Assembly (NCBI RefSeq): GCF_011386835.1
Contig: NC_088802.1
Coordinates: 52,328,001 to 52,392,000, forward strand
Reading direction: 5' to 3'
From: Chrysemys picta bellii
Taxonomy: Eukaryota
DNA: 64,000 bases
Below, in pieces: positions 39,349 to 52,491 of the stretch. The stretch's first letter is position 1. Each line of letters opens with the position of its first letter. The position numbers were made by a program, and so were the translations under genes. The notes under the pieces are model-generated. The model did not search any database. It was given only the letters and a program-made list of their open reading frames with translations, and was not told where the DNA came from.

Positions 39349-40489
39349 GTGTAAAGGAAAAAGAGTAGGAAGCCAAGAGGAATCTCTTCATCCTTCTCAC
39401 AACCATAAGATTTATTCTCACGTCGATATCTGAGATTTAAGGGCATAAATTGGGTGATGGGGACGGCATATGAACTTCAATATAGAATAGAACTCATGAA
39501 ACCCACACACTAAGATGAAACTAAGGATCTGTAAGCGTACAGTCCAAACACACACACACACACGACTTCTCCCTTACGGATGATTTTAATTATCTGTCTC
39601 TCAAAACACCAGAATACTGTAAATTAGAGTATTATTGGACTCAGGAGGAAAATGGCAATTGAAAACAACAGCTGCAGCCAACAACATGCTGAGCGTGAGA
39701 TTTGGAAAAAGCAATTGCTGAGGCTCGGAGTAACGTACCTTTCCGGGTCACTTGTGGCCTTTCAGGGAAACTGACCCTCATATGGAAGTACACACAATGG
39801 GACAACTCCCTAAGGTGCTGGGGGCCTCTGGTGAAGTGCAGATTGCACTCTTGTGCTAGTTGTGCCCTAAATTCCCATTGACACTACTGGGATCTGAGCA
39901 CCCTGTATGGGAATCCCAGGGCTCCTGAGGACAGATAAACTTGCAGGCCTGTTTCTGTGGGAAGGGAGGAGGGGGAAATAATCAAACTTAAAAGAAAACT
40001 TTTGCTCCACGAAAGCAATTGCTGTAATTTCAGCAAGCCAGCCAGTCCTAAAAATCAAACTGGGATACTATCTGCTTGAGAAATCCAGTGATCGGGCCCT
40101 AATCCAAAGCCAACTGCAGTCAGTGAGAGTCTCTGCGCTGGGCTTTGGTTCAGGCCCTTCATACCAGACACTGCTTACTATATTTCAAAAGCTGATAAAA
40201 AGATGTGATAAATGAACCCGCAAAAGGTTTGGAGGCTCCTTTCGTTTTGGACAAAGCATCTAAAACTTGGGATGAGCCACAGGACTATTGGAGTTGCCTG
40301 ACCAGATCAGACCATAGGCCCACGGACTCCATTATGCCATCTAAGTTACCCAATGTAGCATCCTGTCCTGATATCTCAGGGAAAGATGTCAGCCTTATCT
40401 CTATTAATGCACAAAGGGGGAAATTCAGCTCTGTGCTTCTTCTCTGTGAAGCCCTTAAAATAGGTCTTAATTGAGACCTCTTGGAGTTT

Positions 40490-41090
40490 TTTCACCTTCC
40501 TCTGCAGCATGGGACATGGAACACCTGCTAGGATCATGTGGGCACATCTCACCTAATCGAATCCCAGAGACCTCAGGCACTGGTGGCACCTCAGTCTCTC
40601 CAGTTCTCTGCCTCTGGCACACAACAATTTAGCTTCTTGAGGACTGAAATGCTTTAGTCTAACTGAAGTTTTTGGTCTTAATAATGGGGGTTTTGGGTGT
40701 AATTTAATGGCCTATGTCGGGGTAGGCAACCTATGGCACGCGTGCCGAAGGCGGCACGCGAGCTGATTTTCAGTGGCCCTCACACTGCCCGGGTCCTGGC
40801 CACTGGTCCGAGGGGTTCTGCATTTTACTTTAATTTTAAATGAAGCTTCTTAAACATTTTAAAAACCTTATTTACTTTACATACAACAATAGTTTAGTTA
40901 CATATTATAGACTTATAGAAAGAGACCTTCTAAAAACATTAAAATGTATGACTGGCACGTGAAACCTTAAATCAGAGTGAATAAATGAAGACTCGGCACA
41001 CCACTTCTGAAAGGTTGCCGACCCCTGGCCTGTGTTATAGAGGAGGTCTGACTTGATGATCTGATGGTCCCTTCTGGCTTTAAACTATGA
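40490..41090 (+). mobile_element. CR1-type 3'UTR interrupted by a hAT MITE
   Basis: ttcctctgcagcatggg...ggcctatgt[insert]gcctgtgttatagaggaggtctgacttgatgatctgatggtcccttctgg. Confidence 0.65.
40718..41027. mobile_element. hAT MITE
   Basis: TIRs CGGGGTAGGCAACC / GGTTGCCGACCCCTG; TSD GCCTATGT / GCCTGTGT; inverted sister copy at 57935-58227. Confidence 0.88.
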
Positions 41091-41790
41091 AACAGAGACC
41101 TCTGCACAAGTGTGAATACCCAAAGCCAATAGTGCCAAGTTGTACATGGGAGGAAAAATATCTTCCTGCCCTGTGTAGTGATTGACAAGCTGACATCCAG
41201 GAACATAAAATTTGATCACCCTCATTTTAGCTTGCATAACGACATGTGTTAATATCGTTCAGAAAATCATCCAACCCTTTCCCTAAAAAAACCAGATACA
41301 TTGTTTGACTCAATACTGAGCCAGCACTTATCTCAACCTCTTTGATCGGGGAATTAGGTTGGAAAGCTTAGACAACAGGTTTTTCTGGTGAGATTTCCTA
41401 AAAAATTAGATCAGCCCGGATGGGATTAGTCTTATTTACCTGTTTTATTTTTAGTTCTTTCTCTCTCCCTCTTTCTCCACCCATCCATTTGCTCCCTGAA
41501 GTGAAGAAATATGATATTTTTTACGACTCCACCCTATTTTAGTTTTGAAAATATAAAGGCCATACTAATTCCATTGGCATCTTATTTTATTAGGTGGGAC
41601 TGGACAGCTTCTGGGAATTGTAATGAGATTCACATCAAGGTCATTGATCTGTGAAACTGAGATCAGTAGTAACCAAACGTTGTTGCCATCTGCAGCTGTT
41701 TGGTGATCCACAGAAATTAGTCCTTGGTCTCGGTTCACCTTTTAGTGAACTTCACACACAAACACACAAAACAAAACAAAAAAAACACGT

Positions 41791-41965
41791 TGGGCAAGAT
41801 TTTCAAAAATGACTAGTGATGTTTGATTACCCCGCCTGAGACAACATAAAGGGACCTGGCTTTCAGAGAGCACTTTCTGAAAACCTGGCCCCTTTAAGGT
41901 CTCTCAAGTTGGGCAACCAAAAATAGAGGCACCCAGTCATCAGGAATCTTTTGAAAATCTTGGCC
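41791..41965. mobile_element. Fold-back MITE
   Basis: gggcaagattttcaaaa ... ttttgaaaatcttggcc inverted termini. Confidence 0.6.
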
Positions 41966-42888
41966 ACTATTGAAAAACAGCGTGTTTGTTGGCAGAAAGA
42001 TGCTGCATTTTATAACCTGGAGAACAGATCCTAAGAGAGTCCCCTTCAGAAAAGGTTAAGCCTAGAGCTCTGTGAAATGTTTACAGTGAAGCATGAAACC
42101 ACAGGACACTTGCTTCATTTTAAGTTTCATTACAAACTCAGTCCAGGTCATGAACTATTGGTGCAAAACCTTGGCCCAGTTTTGAGCCAGCCTGGTTTGA
42201 TTTATTGCTTTGTAAACTGTATGTCTCAGAGAGATGCAAAACTAAGTGAAATTCAGCCGATCTGACTAAGTTTGAGGGTTTTGTTGGGAGACAGAAAGGT
42301 CAAATTCAGTGTTGTAAACATATACAAATACACTTAGATCAAGGGAATGCACTTGTTTGCCCCAGGTTTGAACCTCACCTAGTGGGTGTAAACTCACAGC
42401 ATACTTGCTTGAAATCCTGTGAACCAAACTCATTGAACTTTGCACAGTTCTCAGTAAGGGGCACTGACGGAGCAGGGCCTGGGGGAAGCTTACTTGCATG
42501 CTGGCCATGTATAACGGGTTCTACAGTAATTGGAGGAATTCAGTCAATACTAATATGTGATATGGGCCACGAAAGCCCTAAAATCACTTATTTCATTAAA
42601 AAAAACCACCTTAATATATATATGTTGTAAGAAATCATGTTGCTTAATTTTTCCCCATGGGGGCTCCTGTTGATTCTAGATGGCTGCAGTGTTGTACCAC
42701 CAACATGACCCCCATCAGCATTAATGCTGTGATTTTGATTTATGTTAACCATTGCCACAATACCTGTATGCTCACCCCATATCTCACTCCTTACCCTCTA
42801 TAGCAGCAAAATGACCAACCATTGCTATAGAATGGTCTCGGCTCTGCTGCTTGGGAAGCCTGCAGTCCTTTGGAGATGGGGGCTAGAT

Positions 42889-43124
42889 TTGTCCCCTATA
42901 GTCCGTAAGCATATGGGCCATATCCTCAATTCGTGTAAGTCATTGAACTTGACTTGGTTTCAATGGAGTTAGGCCAATTTACAACTGAGGGTCAGCCCCA
43001 TAGAACTTGTCCCCTATAGTCCGTAAGCATATGGGCCATATCCTCAATTCCTGTAAGTCATTGAACTTGACTTGGTTTCAATGGAGTTAGGCCAATTTAC
43101 AACTGAGGGTCAGCCCCATAGAAC
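42889..43124 (+). repeat. 118-bp tandem duplication (2 copies, 1 mismatch)
   Basis: 42889-43006 and 43007-43124 are identical except ttcGtgt / ttcCtgt. Confidence 0.95.
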
Positions 43125-44411
43125 CTGGGGTACTCAGGGTCCAGACCACATTCTTGTCAGAGATTTTTAATTCTATTTTGCTTTCCAGGCTTGGGAGACC
43201 TATCATTTAAATTTAATTTTGTACATGAGACCTGTGTTCAAACCCAGTGATGTTTGGATACGGTTGAAGCAAATGGAGACTCCCACAAGGAGAGAACTCT
43301 GCCTACCCTGAATTATCCTTTGGCAAGGGAAAAGGACAGTCTACCAAGGGGGGCAGAAGTTCCCTGAGAATGGGAGGGCAGAGGGGGAAGAGAGAGAAGG
43401 TATGAAGACTCACCAGGGTAAGAGGGTAGATAGAGGGTGCAGCTGGCTCCAGACTGGGAAGAATGTCCTGCAGGTTCCTACCTGCTTCTGAGCCCATCTT
43501 TGGGTCCTGCTCTTGCCTCCAAGTTTACATGTAGGGGCACAGCCCACATGATATTTCCCCTGCAGGGGTGCCAGCTCCACCCCCATTTCCCAGGTACCGT
43601 AGCCCCTGTGGTCTACAGATGGAATTAATATGGATCCTATTTTCTTGCTATTAGTAAAATTGCGTAAAATTCCCATAAGATCCTGGGAGTTGTTCACTCC
43701 AGAGCTCATACCACATACTTTTTTAGCTGTCAGCCCTGTTCCTTTAAGAACGTGGCACCCTTCTGGAGGTGGTGTGCATAAATGGGCCGGCCAGGCTTAT
43801 GGTTCAGAGTAAAGAAGTTGGGATGGACCATAGAAGCATCATTGGTCTTGCAGAAAAAAGGATTAGATAATGTGATAAATGATATTACCATGTTAATGTG
43901 ATCTAATCTCTTTCTTCTGGGTGTCAGTTGATAAGCACACTAGGTAGGCATTTTTCTAACCTATAAACCATTGCACAGTTGGCTTGTTGAAATAAAGGAG
44001 TATTAACGTTCCTCTACAAGACGAAGGATTCCAGACTAGATAAACCATGGGTCTGGTCACATGGGGAGCTCTGCATTTTCTGTATTACACACTTTTAAAA
44101 ACCAGATCCTCGGCTGGTGTCAATTGACACGACTTCACTGAAATCAAAGGAGCCAACGCAATTTATACCAGCTGGGGATGTGGCCTGTGATGGTCAGGCA
44201 AAATATCCCTACTCACCGGTTCTTTGTTTTTAATCACAGTGTATTTCTATTGTGTTTATAATGATTTTACTTTGAATCATTGTGCTGTACTTGTAGACAC
44301 CTTTGTGAGGGGAAGGCGAGATGTTTTATCGGGCCTGTCCCAAGTGAAATCAGTGGCAGCAGGCCCAGAATAATTATTAAATAATTCTTTATGAAGAACA
44401 ATATTAATAGC

Positions 44412-44608
44412 AGAGGGGTAGCCGTGTTAGTCTGAATCTGTAAAAAGCAACAGAGGGTCCTGTGGTACCTTTGAGACTAACAGAAGTATTGGGAGCATAA
44501 GCTTTCGTGGGTAAGAACCTCACTTCTTGCAGTCTTGCAGATGCTCCCTATACTTATGCTCCCTATACTTCTGTTAGTCTTAAAGATGCCACAGGACCCT
44601 CTGTTGCT
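44412..44608. mobile_element. Penelope-derived palindromic insertion with a 12-bp direct flanking repeat
   Basis: Inverted arms at about 44446-44501 and 44553-44608; AATATTAATAGC at 44400-44411 and 44609-44620. Confidence 0.8.
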
Positions 44609-47600
44609 AATATTAATAGCAATAGTGCCCTGTTAAAAGCTACTCAATGTGAGTGGTTTTAGGTTTCATGGTGTTTGGTGGCCTGTGATATACAGGAGGT
44701 CAGACTCGATGATCTGGTGATTTCTTCTGGTCTTAAACTCGATGACTCTGCAAAACTGGCACTGAATGCTCGCATCACAGCTTTGCCATTATTATTTATT
44801 ATTTGAATATTTGGTGTATGCCAGCACTGTGCTTGGTACTGTCTGATGTGTAAAGGAATGTATGTTCTCTGCCTCAGGGAGCTGTAAATATACTGTAACA
44901 AATCAATGTAATGTGAAACAAGCATACCTTGATGCTAGAGGTCTGGCTTTAGACTATACAATCACATTACAAAACCAGCCCTTCCAAGCCCCCAAATCTA
45001 CATACTATTAATAACTAGTCAGTTTTGGAGGGCAGAGATGGCAGCACTGAAACACTGCAACTAAAAGGATTGAGGGTGTTGGCTCTGTTAACTGAAAGTG
45101 GCCAGCATTATCTAATCTGATTCTATCATTGTGCTATCATTCTTCCTGACCTGCCATTTACCATGTTGAGTATATTATTATATTACATCATGTCCTATTT
45201 AGAGCTGCAACAAACTGTTCTACTGTTCTTGTCAGCAAGAGCTGATGGAAAAGTTCCTCAAAGTTTGGGGAGGATTGTTCTGTGCCTCTGTAGGCTGAAT
45301 GTGACCCATGTGACTCCTTGTGTGGAGAAATCTGGAGAGACAATCAAACCTAAGCTTATAAACCAGCAGAGCTGCTGAAATTAACCTTCACCATGCTCAG
45401 AATGGAGATCCGCAGGTCAGAGAGAAGGAGGAAGGACGTGAGAGAGGAGGAAATTAGGCTCAGCATTCACACTTATATTTAACATCTTCTCACCTAAAAT
45501 GCGTTAAGAGCCTGGACCTGCTTCCACTGACGTCAGTGAGAGGTTTGCACTGACCTCCATGGGAATGAGATCAGACAAGCATCTCTGCTGGTTTGGGTGC
45601 TCACGCTTATTGTGTCCAGCAACCCTCTAGGGACCCACCATGTGCCAAGCACACCATATTTGAAGTGCTAATGCTCTAGTGGTTTGGCAGGACTCTTGGA
45701 CCCTTCCTGCGATTTAAAGGGCATTCTGATACTTGCATCCCAACACCAGAACTTTAAATGCTGTCGCTGGCTGCCAGTGCACAGAAGCTGCTGAGACCCA
45801 AGCCCTAACTGTCTGGGTTCTTATATACCCCCTTTAAAGGCACTTAAAACAGAAAGTGGGAATCCCGGAAATAACATTTTAGGTTCTCTGCCTCCCCATA
45901 TTCACCAAGAGACTGAGAATAGTAGGGAGCCCCAAAATCATCAGTTTCAAGTTGCCAGTGCTTTCCATTTCTCATGATATTTCAATATTTCCACTGTTTG
46001 GTCCTGGCTAAAGCCAGGCAATGCATAGGGCTAAAATAAAATTAAAATATTTCTTTTACCCCAGATCTGGGAGTTGGTCTTAGTTTTGGAGAAAGCTCTG
46101 GGTCATTTCTTTAACTCTGAACCTGGTCGCCTATCTTAGTAAGTTACCAAGTGAAATCAACTTCCAAGGCCTCTTCTGTCAACCCTCCGTGGCCAAATGC
46201 CTTCTCTCTCTCTATTTTAAACAAGATCTGGTTTCACTTAGATGAATTAAATGTCAATATATTTGTTACTGTGAGTTGTTCCAGTGCCGATTACAGCACC
46301 ATTGCATGACTTTAAAGTCTGTGCAACCGTCTGCTGCTCTGTGCTATTTATGTCTGCCTTTTAAAATGTTTAATAAACATTTTTATATTGATATTTTAAG
46401 TCTTCTCTCTCTTATTGAGGTTTGGAATGGGTAGTCCAAGAAGGATATTTTTTTTCTTCTGCCCAACTCAGATCCCAGCCCATTCATAGCTTGTTTTTAT
46501 TTCTTTGTTTGGATATTTTAAAAAAAGAACCATCTTTAAATATACGGTGTAGGCAAAAGGCATCGCTTATGGGACGCTACTGCTAGAACTGATACAAATA
46601 TGTGAACAAATATTTGTTCGGCACAATACTGTTGCCAGCTGGTATACTGCAGCCTTACCACCCTGGATTGACTCAACCTTCCCAGCTGAAGAGAATTTGA
46701 TTTGAAAAACTTCATTCCATTGACTTCAGAGGAATTATTATGGATTTAAACCTCTGACTAGATTTCATTGCTATGGTCCATATCCTGCTCTTCCTGATAT
46801 CAGTATTAAAACACACATTGACTTCATCAATGCAGGGCCAGCTGTTTGGCCCTGATCCAGCAAAGAACCTAATCTCATGAGTAGTTCCACTGAAATCAAT
46901 GCAAGTGCTCACCTGCTTAAAGTTAATCACACACTTAACTGGATAGGAACCTTAATGCAGATCACTGATTTGAGAACTCCATCACTGGCTGGGACTTGAG
47001 CCATGGTGGAGAACTTTGGATACAAAAGAAATCGTGCCAGAGAAGAAGGTGGTGGTTGGCATAATGAGGCTTGAGCCAGGAGTGGGAAAGACATTATTTG
47101 AGACTGGGAATCGTGTAGACTCTTTCTGTCTGTAGAGGAGGGAAGGGGACAAATTGGGTAAGAATAGGTATCCTAGGACCAGCAAAGGACTGCTTTGGCA
47201 GTCATGGAAAAATAGGACGAGGAATTAGTGAGATAATAGCCTACTGGAGCACATAGATGGGTGAAAACTTTCAGACATCCAAGAGATAATCTCAGTACCT
47301 TCTTGTGCTGGGAGAAGTAAACGTTCCTTTAACAGAAGAATAATTAAGGAAAAGGCCTCATTTTAGATTGTTCAACCTATAATAGATTTGTTGTTGTTGT
47401 TTTTTAAAGAGGAACTAGAGTATGAATCAGTTCCAAACCAGTTCTAAATATTTCAGCTCTTCACATTTCTTGTCTCTGAACTGAAAGTCATCCAGGGTTA
47501 CACAACAATGTACAAAACTGGAAAACTTTCAGATCCCCCTCCAACATGTGGTGGGAAAGTGTGACGCGATTGCTAAACCAACGCTGAAGTGAGTTTCATT

Positions 47601-48272
47601 GAATGCATCAGGGGTTAGAGGAAGAGTACACAATTTCTTTCGCAGGTTTCAATTGTTTTCTTTTTGATTTAATCTGATTCTCAGAATAGCATTATTTTGG
47701 AACAAAGATTTTTACATTGTTTTGCTTAATATTTTACAACCAGACTGTTGACTGACGTATCATTGAACAAAAATTCACCCCTATTAGTTTACATAATGAT
47801 GGGGAAATAGCTTCATGATGGGTGTAACAGCAACTAATAGGGTATTAGGTGAAGGTGCTACAGTACGATTGATTTAAAGTGACACTATCACACTCAATAA
47901 GCTCAAAATTACATGATTTACTTGGAACCCACATTTACTGTGAGTGTCCAAAGACTTAAGTTGGATGCTCAGTGCTCCAAAGTTATTGCTTCTCTGAGCA
48001 AGTTGACAAAATTCAAATCAGAGTTCAGGTCTCGCTCGCATCAGAATAGGAGATGGCCAAAGAGCGTTCAGATACAATTAGAACCCCTCCATACCTTCAT
48101 CCAACATTGAACCAAATTGGATCTATTTTGAGATATGAAAAAGTGTATCAATTTTTTCCCTTGGTCCGCTTTTTTTATACTCCTCTTCTGACTTGGGTTC
48201 CACTCAAGAAAAGAGGTGAAAATAATAATGATATATACAAGTTTGCATTACTCATGTCCTTGCCTGGGAGTC

Positions 48273-48350
48273 AGAAGACCTGAGTCTATGCTTGGCTCTG
48301 CCACTGACTGTGACCTTGGAGAAGTTATTTCACCTCTATGCCTTACTCCC
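48273..48350 (+). mobile_element. MIR/CORE-SINE fragment
   Basis: gacctgagtctatgcttggctctgccactgactgtgaccttggagaagttatttcacctct. Confidence 0.6.
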
Positions 48351-50593
48351 CCTCTTGCCTTTTGTCTGTCTGGTTAATTTAGGGGGTAGAGTTTCAAATG
48401 CACCAGTGTGAGGTAGGTGCCCAGCTCCAATCATTATAGCTCTTTTGGACAGGGGCTGTTCTCTAAGTTGGGTCCTAATCTTGGTTCAAATAATTAATAT
48501 GAGAGTTGTGATCCCCAGCCTGATTTCTAGACCTTTGGGGTTCATATAGAAGCTTTGGCTAAACCTCTGAAACTAGGGATGTTTACCCTCATGGAATCTC
48601 TATCCTTTCTGAAATTTGCCCATTGCTACGCACATTCCTACCCAGCTCAGCCTTACTGCTCCATTTCTAGCAGCAACCAGTTTTCTTTCTTACTTTCAAA
48701 TACAATTACAAGAAGTAAATCTACTCAGCAAGAATCTTGTAAATTTCAACACACTTCCTGCTCTGATGAAGAGAGCAAAATGGTTGGAGGGGAGAGAGGA
48801 GGAGGGGAAAGGAAAAAGAGGATCATGATGTTCATGCTCATGGCCAGGAACAAAAAAAGAGTTAGTGTGTTAGCACAAAAATGCTCCCTGGCAATATCTG
48901 AGATTCATTTGCAGCAACTGATCCATGAGCTTTAGTGAGAGGAGCGTGTCTCAGAATCAATTCTTTTTCTGTTAATCTTTACTTGATGGCAAAACCTTTA
49001 GCCCAGTTCATAGAATTTGCATATGTCTTTTCAGACAAGGGCTAAGAGATTTCATCCATTCCTTTTAGGAGGAGAATTTTACAGGATCATAGAAATGTAG
49101 GTCTGGAAGGGACCTCAGTAGGTCATCTTGTCCATCCCTTCATGCTGAGGCAGAGAGCAAAATAGATGCACTTAAATGATTTTGGAGCACAAGTCCCATT
49201 GTAGGTCAATGGGATGTATGCTCCTAACTCCCTTAGGTTCTTTTGAAAAATCTCTTCATTAAAAGGCAAATAATAATAGTCCTCACATTATTCTACAAAA
49301 GGAATAATGACACAATGGATTTAGACCAGAACTAGGAGCCAATAATATCTGAGTTCAGAACCTAGCTCTGCCTTTGATTTGTTATTGGAAAATCATGTGA
49401 CTTCTCTGTCTCTCAATTTCCCCATTGATAAAAGGGGATTAAAAATCTGACCCATCTATTTTAGGGTATAGGAGGATGGGCTTTAATTCTTCGAAGATAC
49501 ACTCAGTATCATCAGTCAATATAAAATATTTACTACATGAAATTTATTCATAGGTCAACCTTAACATATTCAGATTTTTTTCATATTATTGGTATGGTTT
49601 CTCTTTAATCACATATCTAAGATACAGGGCAAGATATTTAAAAATACCTAAATGACTTAGCAGCCTAAATTCCATTAAAAGTCTTGCAATTTAGGCTCCT
49701 AAGTCACATAGCTGCTTTTGAAAATTTTACCTACAGTTTTGTTGCATGTCTTCATGATAATGCCAAAAATATTTACATACAAATATTCATGAATGTATAG
49801 ATATTACTATTTGTAACACAATAGTACATAGAGGCCTGAACTGAAATCAAAGTCCAATTGTGCTAGGCATTGTACAAGCATATGTTCAAATACTGTTCCT
49901 GCATCTCACATGTTACTGTAAAATCAAAACTCTCCACAGGGCTTTATGTGCAGTATAATGTGCTCTAGAAGAAAACTGTTGCCAGCACCATTAGAATTTA
50001 AGATGGTTCCAATGGAATGCCATTTTTAAAACATGATGATTTTCTGTTGGAAGCAGTAGAGAGCAGAGTCAACTCAGTAGCCCTTGATTTATGAACTGTT
50101 TTGTTGCTCCCAGAATCCCATGATGTTTGTGGTTTCTTAAGGAACTATTGTTTGAACCAGTCAACAAGAAAAACAATTATAACCCTAAGCATGTTTTTTT
50201 ATTTGAAATCATATTGGCCTTTGATCAAATTTTGCCTCTTTTTCACATCTCACATCATGGAGTTTTTTCAAATAATAAAACTGTTCCCAATGTTTTGTTG
50301 TTGTTCAAAGGCAACTTATTAAATGGTAGGTCAAGAGTCTGCAATGGACGACACTACAAGGGTTATTTAAAGCCACGAGTAAAGCAAATCATACAAATTT
50401 TCCAAAGACTGTGTTCCAAGGAGTATTTTTGGAAACATTCATGTTGTGTTTTTTAATGAAGGCCACATTCTGAAGCTACAGCACCATATGTCACACATTC
50501 ATTCTTGTACCCCCCCAAAAAGGGGGGGGGGGAAGAAAAAGAAAGAAAAGGAAAGTATGTTTGGCTTTTAAGTGTTTTTGGAATAGTGTCTAA

Positions 50594-50831
50594 GGGCTTG
50601 TCTATACTTACCGCGCTGGTTCGGCGGCAGGCAATCGAACTCAGAAGTGCTCCCCGTCGACTCCGGTAATCCTGCTCGCCGAGAGGAGTACGTGGAGTCG
50701 ACGGGGGAGCCTGCCTGCCGGGTCTGGACGGCGGTAAGTTCGAACTAAGGTACGTCGACTTCAGCTACGTTATTCACGTAGCTGAAGTTGCATACCTTAG
50801 TTCGATTTGGGGGTTTAGTGTAGACCAAGCC
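50594..50831 (+). mobile_element. PIF/Harbinger-type MITE, CpG-rich internal-deletion variant
   Basis: TIRs GGGCTTGTCTATACT / AGTGTAGACCAAGCC; TSD TAA/TAA. Confidence 0.88.
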
Positions 50832-52366
50832 TAAGCATGCCTAGCGTTGTTCCTCAGATGTAAGAAGAATTTTTGGCCTGTTAATTTAGCTCATCCAGTA
50901 TTGCTCTCCATGGGACAGCTCCTCCAGTACCTTGAATCTTGTGTGGTCATTTATACCCATGCAAAATGTCTACAGAGTTGGTGCAAAATACTCAGGCTGG
51001 TTGGCCAATGTTTTTTTTTTCTTTCCATGGGGAAGTTTGATTTTTCATTGGAAAACCTAAAGCTAAAAATGTTCAACTAAAGACTTGAGAAACAGGGGAG
51101 AGGGGAGAAGGAACATTGGTTTTTGGTTGAAAAATCTAATTTTTTTGAGGAGAGCAAGCACTTTCAACAAAGAATGTTGTTCAGTTGAAAACTCAGTTTT
51201 CTGTCAAAAAAGTTATGACAGAAAATTTTCAGCAAGCCCTACAATCAACTCTGATTTGTCAGTGTTTCAACCCCCCTAGGCATGGGTATAAATGACCATG
51301 AAATGTGCCAGGCATTGGTTAGTCAGTACCTCAGTCTCTCTTTTATTACATGTTGCAATGGCCCCTATTCTCCTCTGACTTAAATCAGTTTTACACCAGT
51401 CAAACCCCACTAATGTCAGTGGAGTTACCCCTGATTTACAGCAATGTGAGAGGAGAATCTTGTCCACTGATGTCATGTATATGACATCATCTGCTTAGCT
51501 CTAGGTAGAAAAGAGGTTTAGCCCTTTTAGCAATATAACTAGCAGAACTTTGCAAAACTGTGGAAGAAAAACTTTAGCAATCCTAGCTTAGTCCTTCTGG
51601 AGCTCAGTAGGCAATCAAGAGCTTAGAAGACTGTGCATGTGTGAAATACTCTCCCATGTTGGTATGATACTGGGAATGATGATTCAAGTCTAAGGTTTTT
51701 TTTTCAGTTATGCAGTTACAAATCCAAAGTACGTCTATTGACGTCAACTGAGTTTCTCGTAATTTGTAGCTGTGTCACTGAGAGCAGAACCAAATTGGCC
51801 CTCAGAACCAAATTTTGAAATGTAGGTGCTTATGTTCATTTTCAATGGACTGTTTCAATTGACACTTAACACTTCAGTCAGGTACTAGTGTGTCTGCGAG
51901 CTCCCCTGAGGGCCTCAATTTGTAAAGGGACAACCAGATTTAGGTTTCCAAGCTTGGCAACTGGGTCCATCATTTCAAGAATATCTCTCTTCTAGTTCAT
52001 TCATTCCAGCTCTTTGTTCAAAAGGTCCATCTGCAGGTGCTTGTCATTCCTATTAAGGCTTCTTGGTAATCCATCCTGACCAAATGCAACTTGTGAGAAA
52101 CATTAAAAATATAATATATAAAATAGAAAAAAAACAAATGTTCTTTGTTGTCCATTTTGACTAGCTACAAAACCTTTAAAAAGTTCAGAAAATTGTCAGC
52201 AAGTTTTATTTTACAAGTACAGTCCCACGTTAATGATGTTTTCTGAGGTGAGAGGCATAATCAATAATCAATATCTGTACAACTTAGCAGGAGTTACTGA
52301 AACCATAGCAGTAATGTGCATAGTTTAGGTGTCATGGAAAGTCCAGCATAGGAAATCAAAAGTAAA

Positions 52367-52393
52367 CTTTCTTCTCTTCTTTTTCTTTTGTAG
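52367..52393 (+). other. 3' splice acceptor of the KCNJ16 coding exon (exon starts at 52394)
   Basis: Long polypyrimidine tract ...ctttcttctcttctttttcttttgtag, ending 74 nt upstream of ATG 52468 and 110 nt upstream of ATG 52504. Confidence 0.8.
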
Positions 52394-52400
52394 ATTTCAA

Positions 52401-52421
52401 ATGAGGAGAGAGAACAATTAG
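52401..52421 (+). other. Out-of-frame uORF MRRENN* in the KCNJ16 5' leader
   Basis: ATG AGG AGA GAG AAC AAT TAG read directly; weak Kozak context (C at -3). Confidence 0.6.
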
Positions 52422-52467
52422 CCATTGGAACCACGGACGTGTCCAGTGAGCTGAGGCCACAAGACGG

Positions 52468-52491
52468 ATGACTGAGCGCTGTGATCACTAG
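52468..52491 (+). other. In-frame uORF MTERCDH*, probable ancestral KCNJ16 start interrupted by TAG
   Basis: ATG at 52468 is 36 nt upstream of, and in frame with, ATG 52504; TAG at 52489-52491. Confidence 0.75.

Noticed and set aside
50510-50532. C7-A5-G-run hairpin / G-quadruplex candidate
   Set aside because: Simple homopolymer tract, error-prone in assemblies, and only one long G run.
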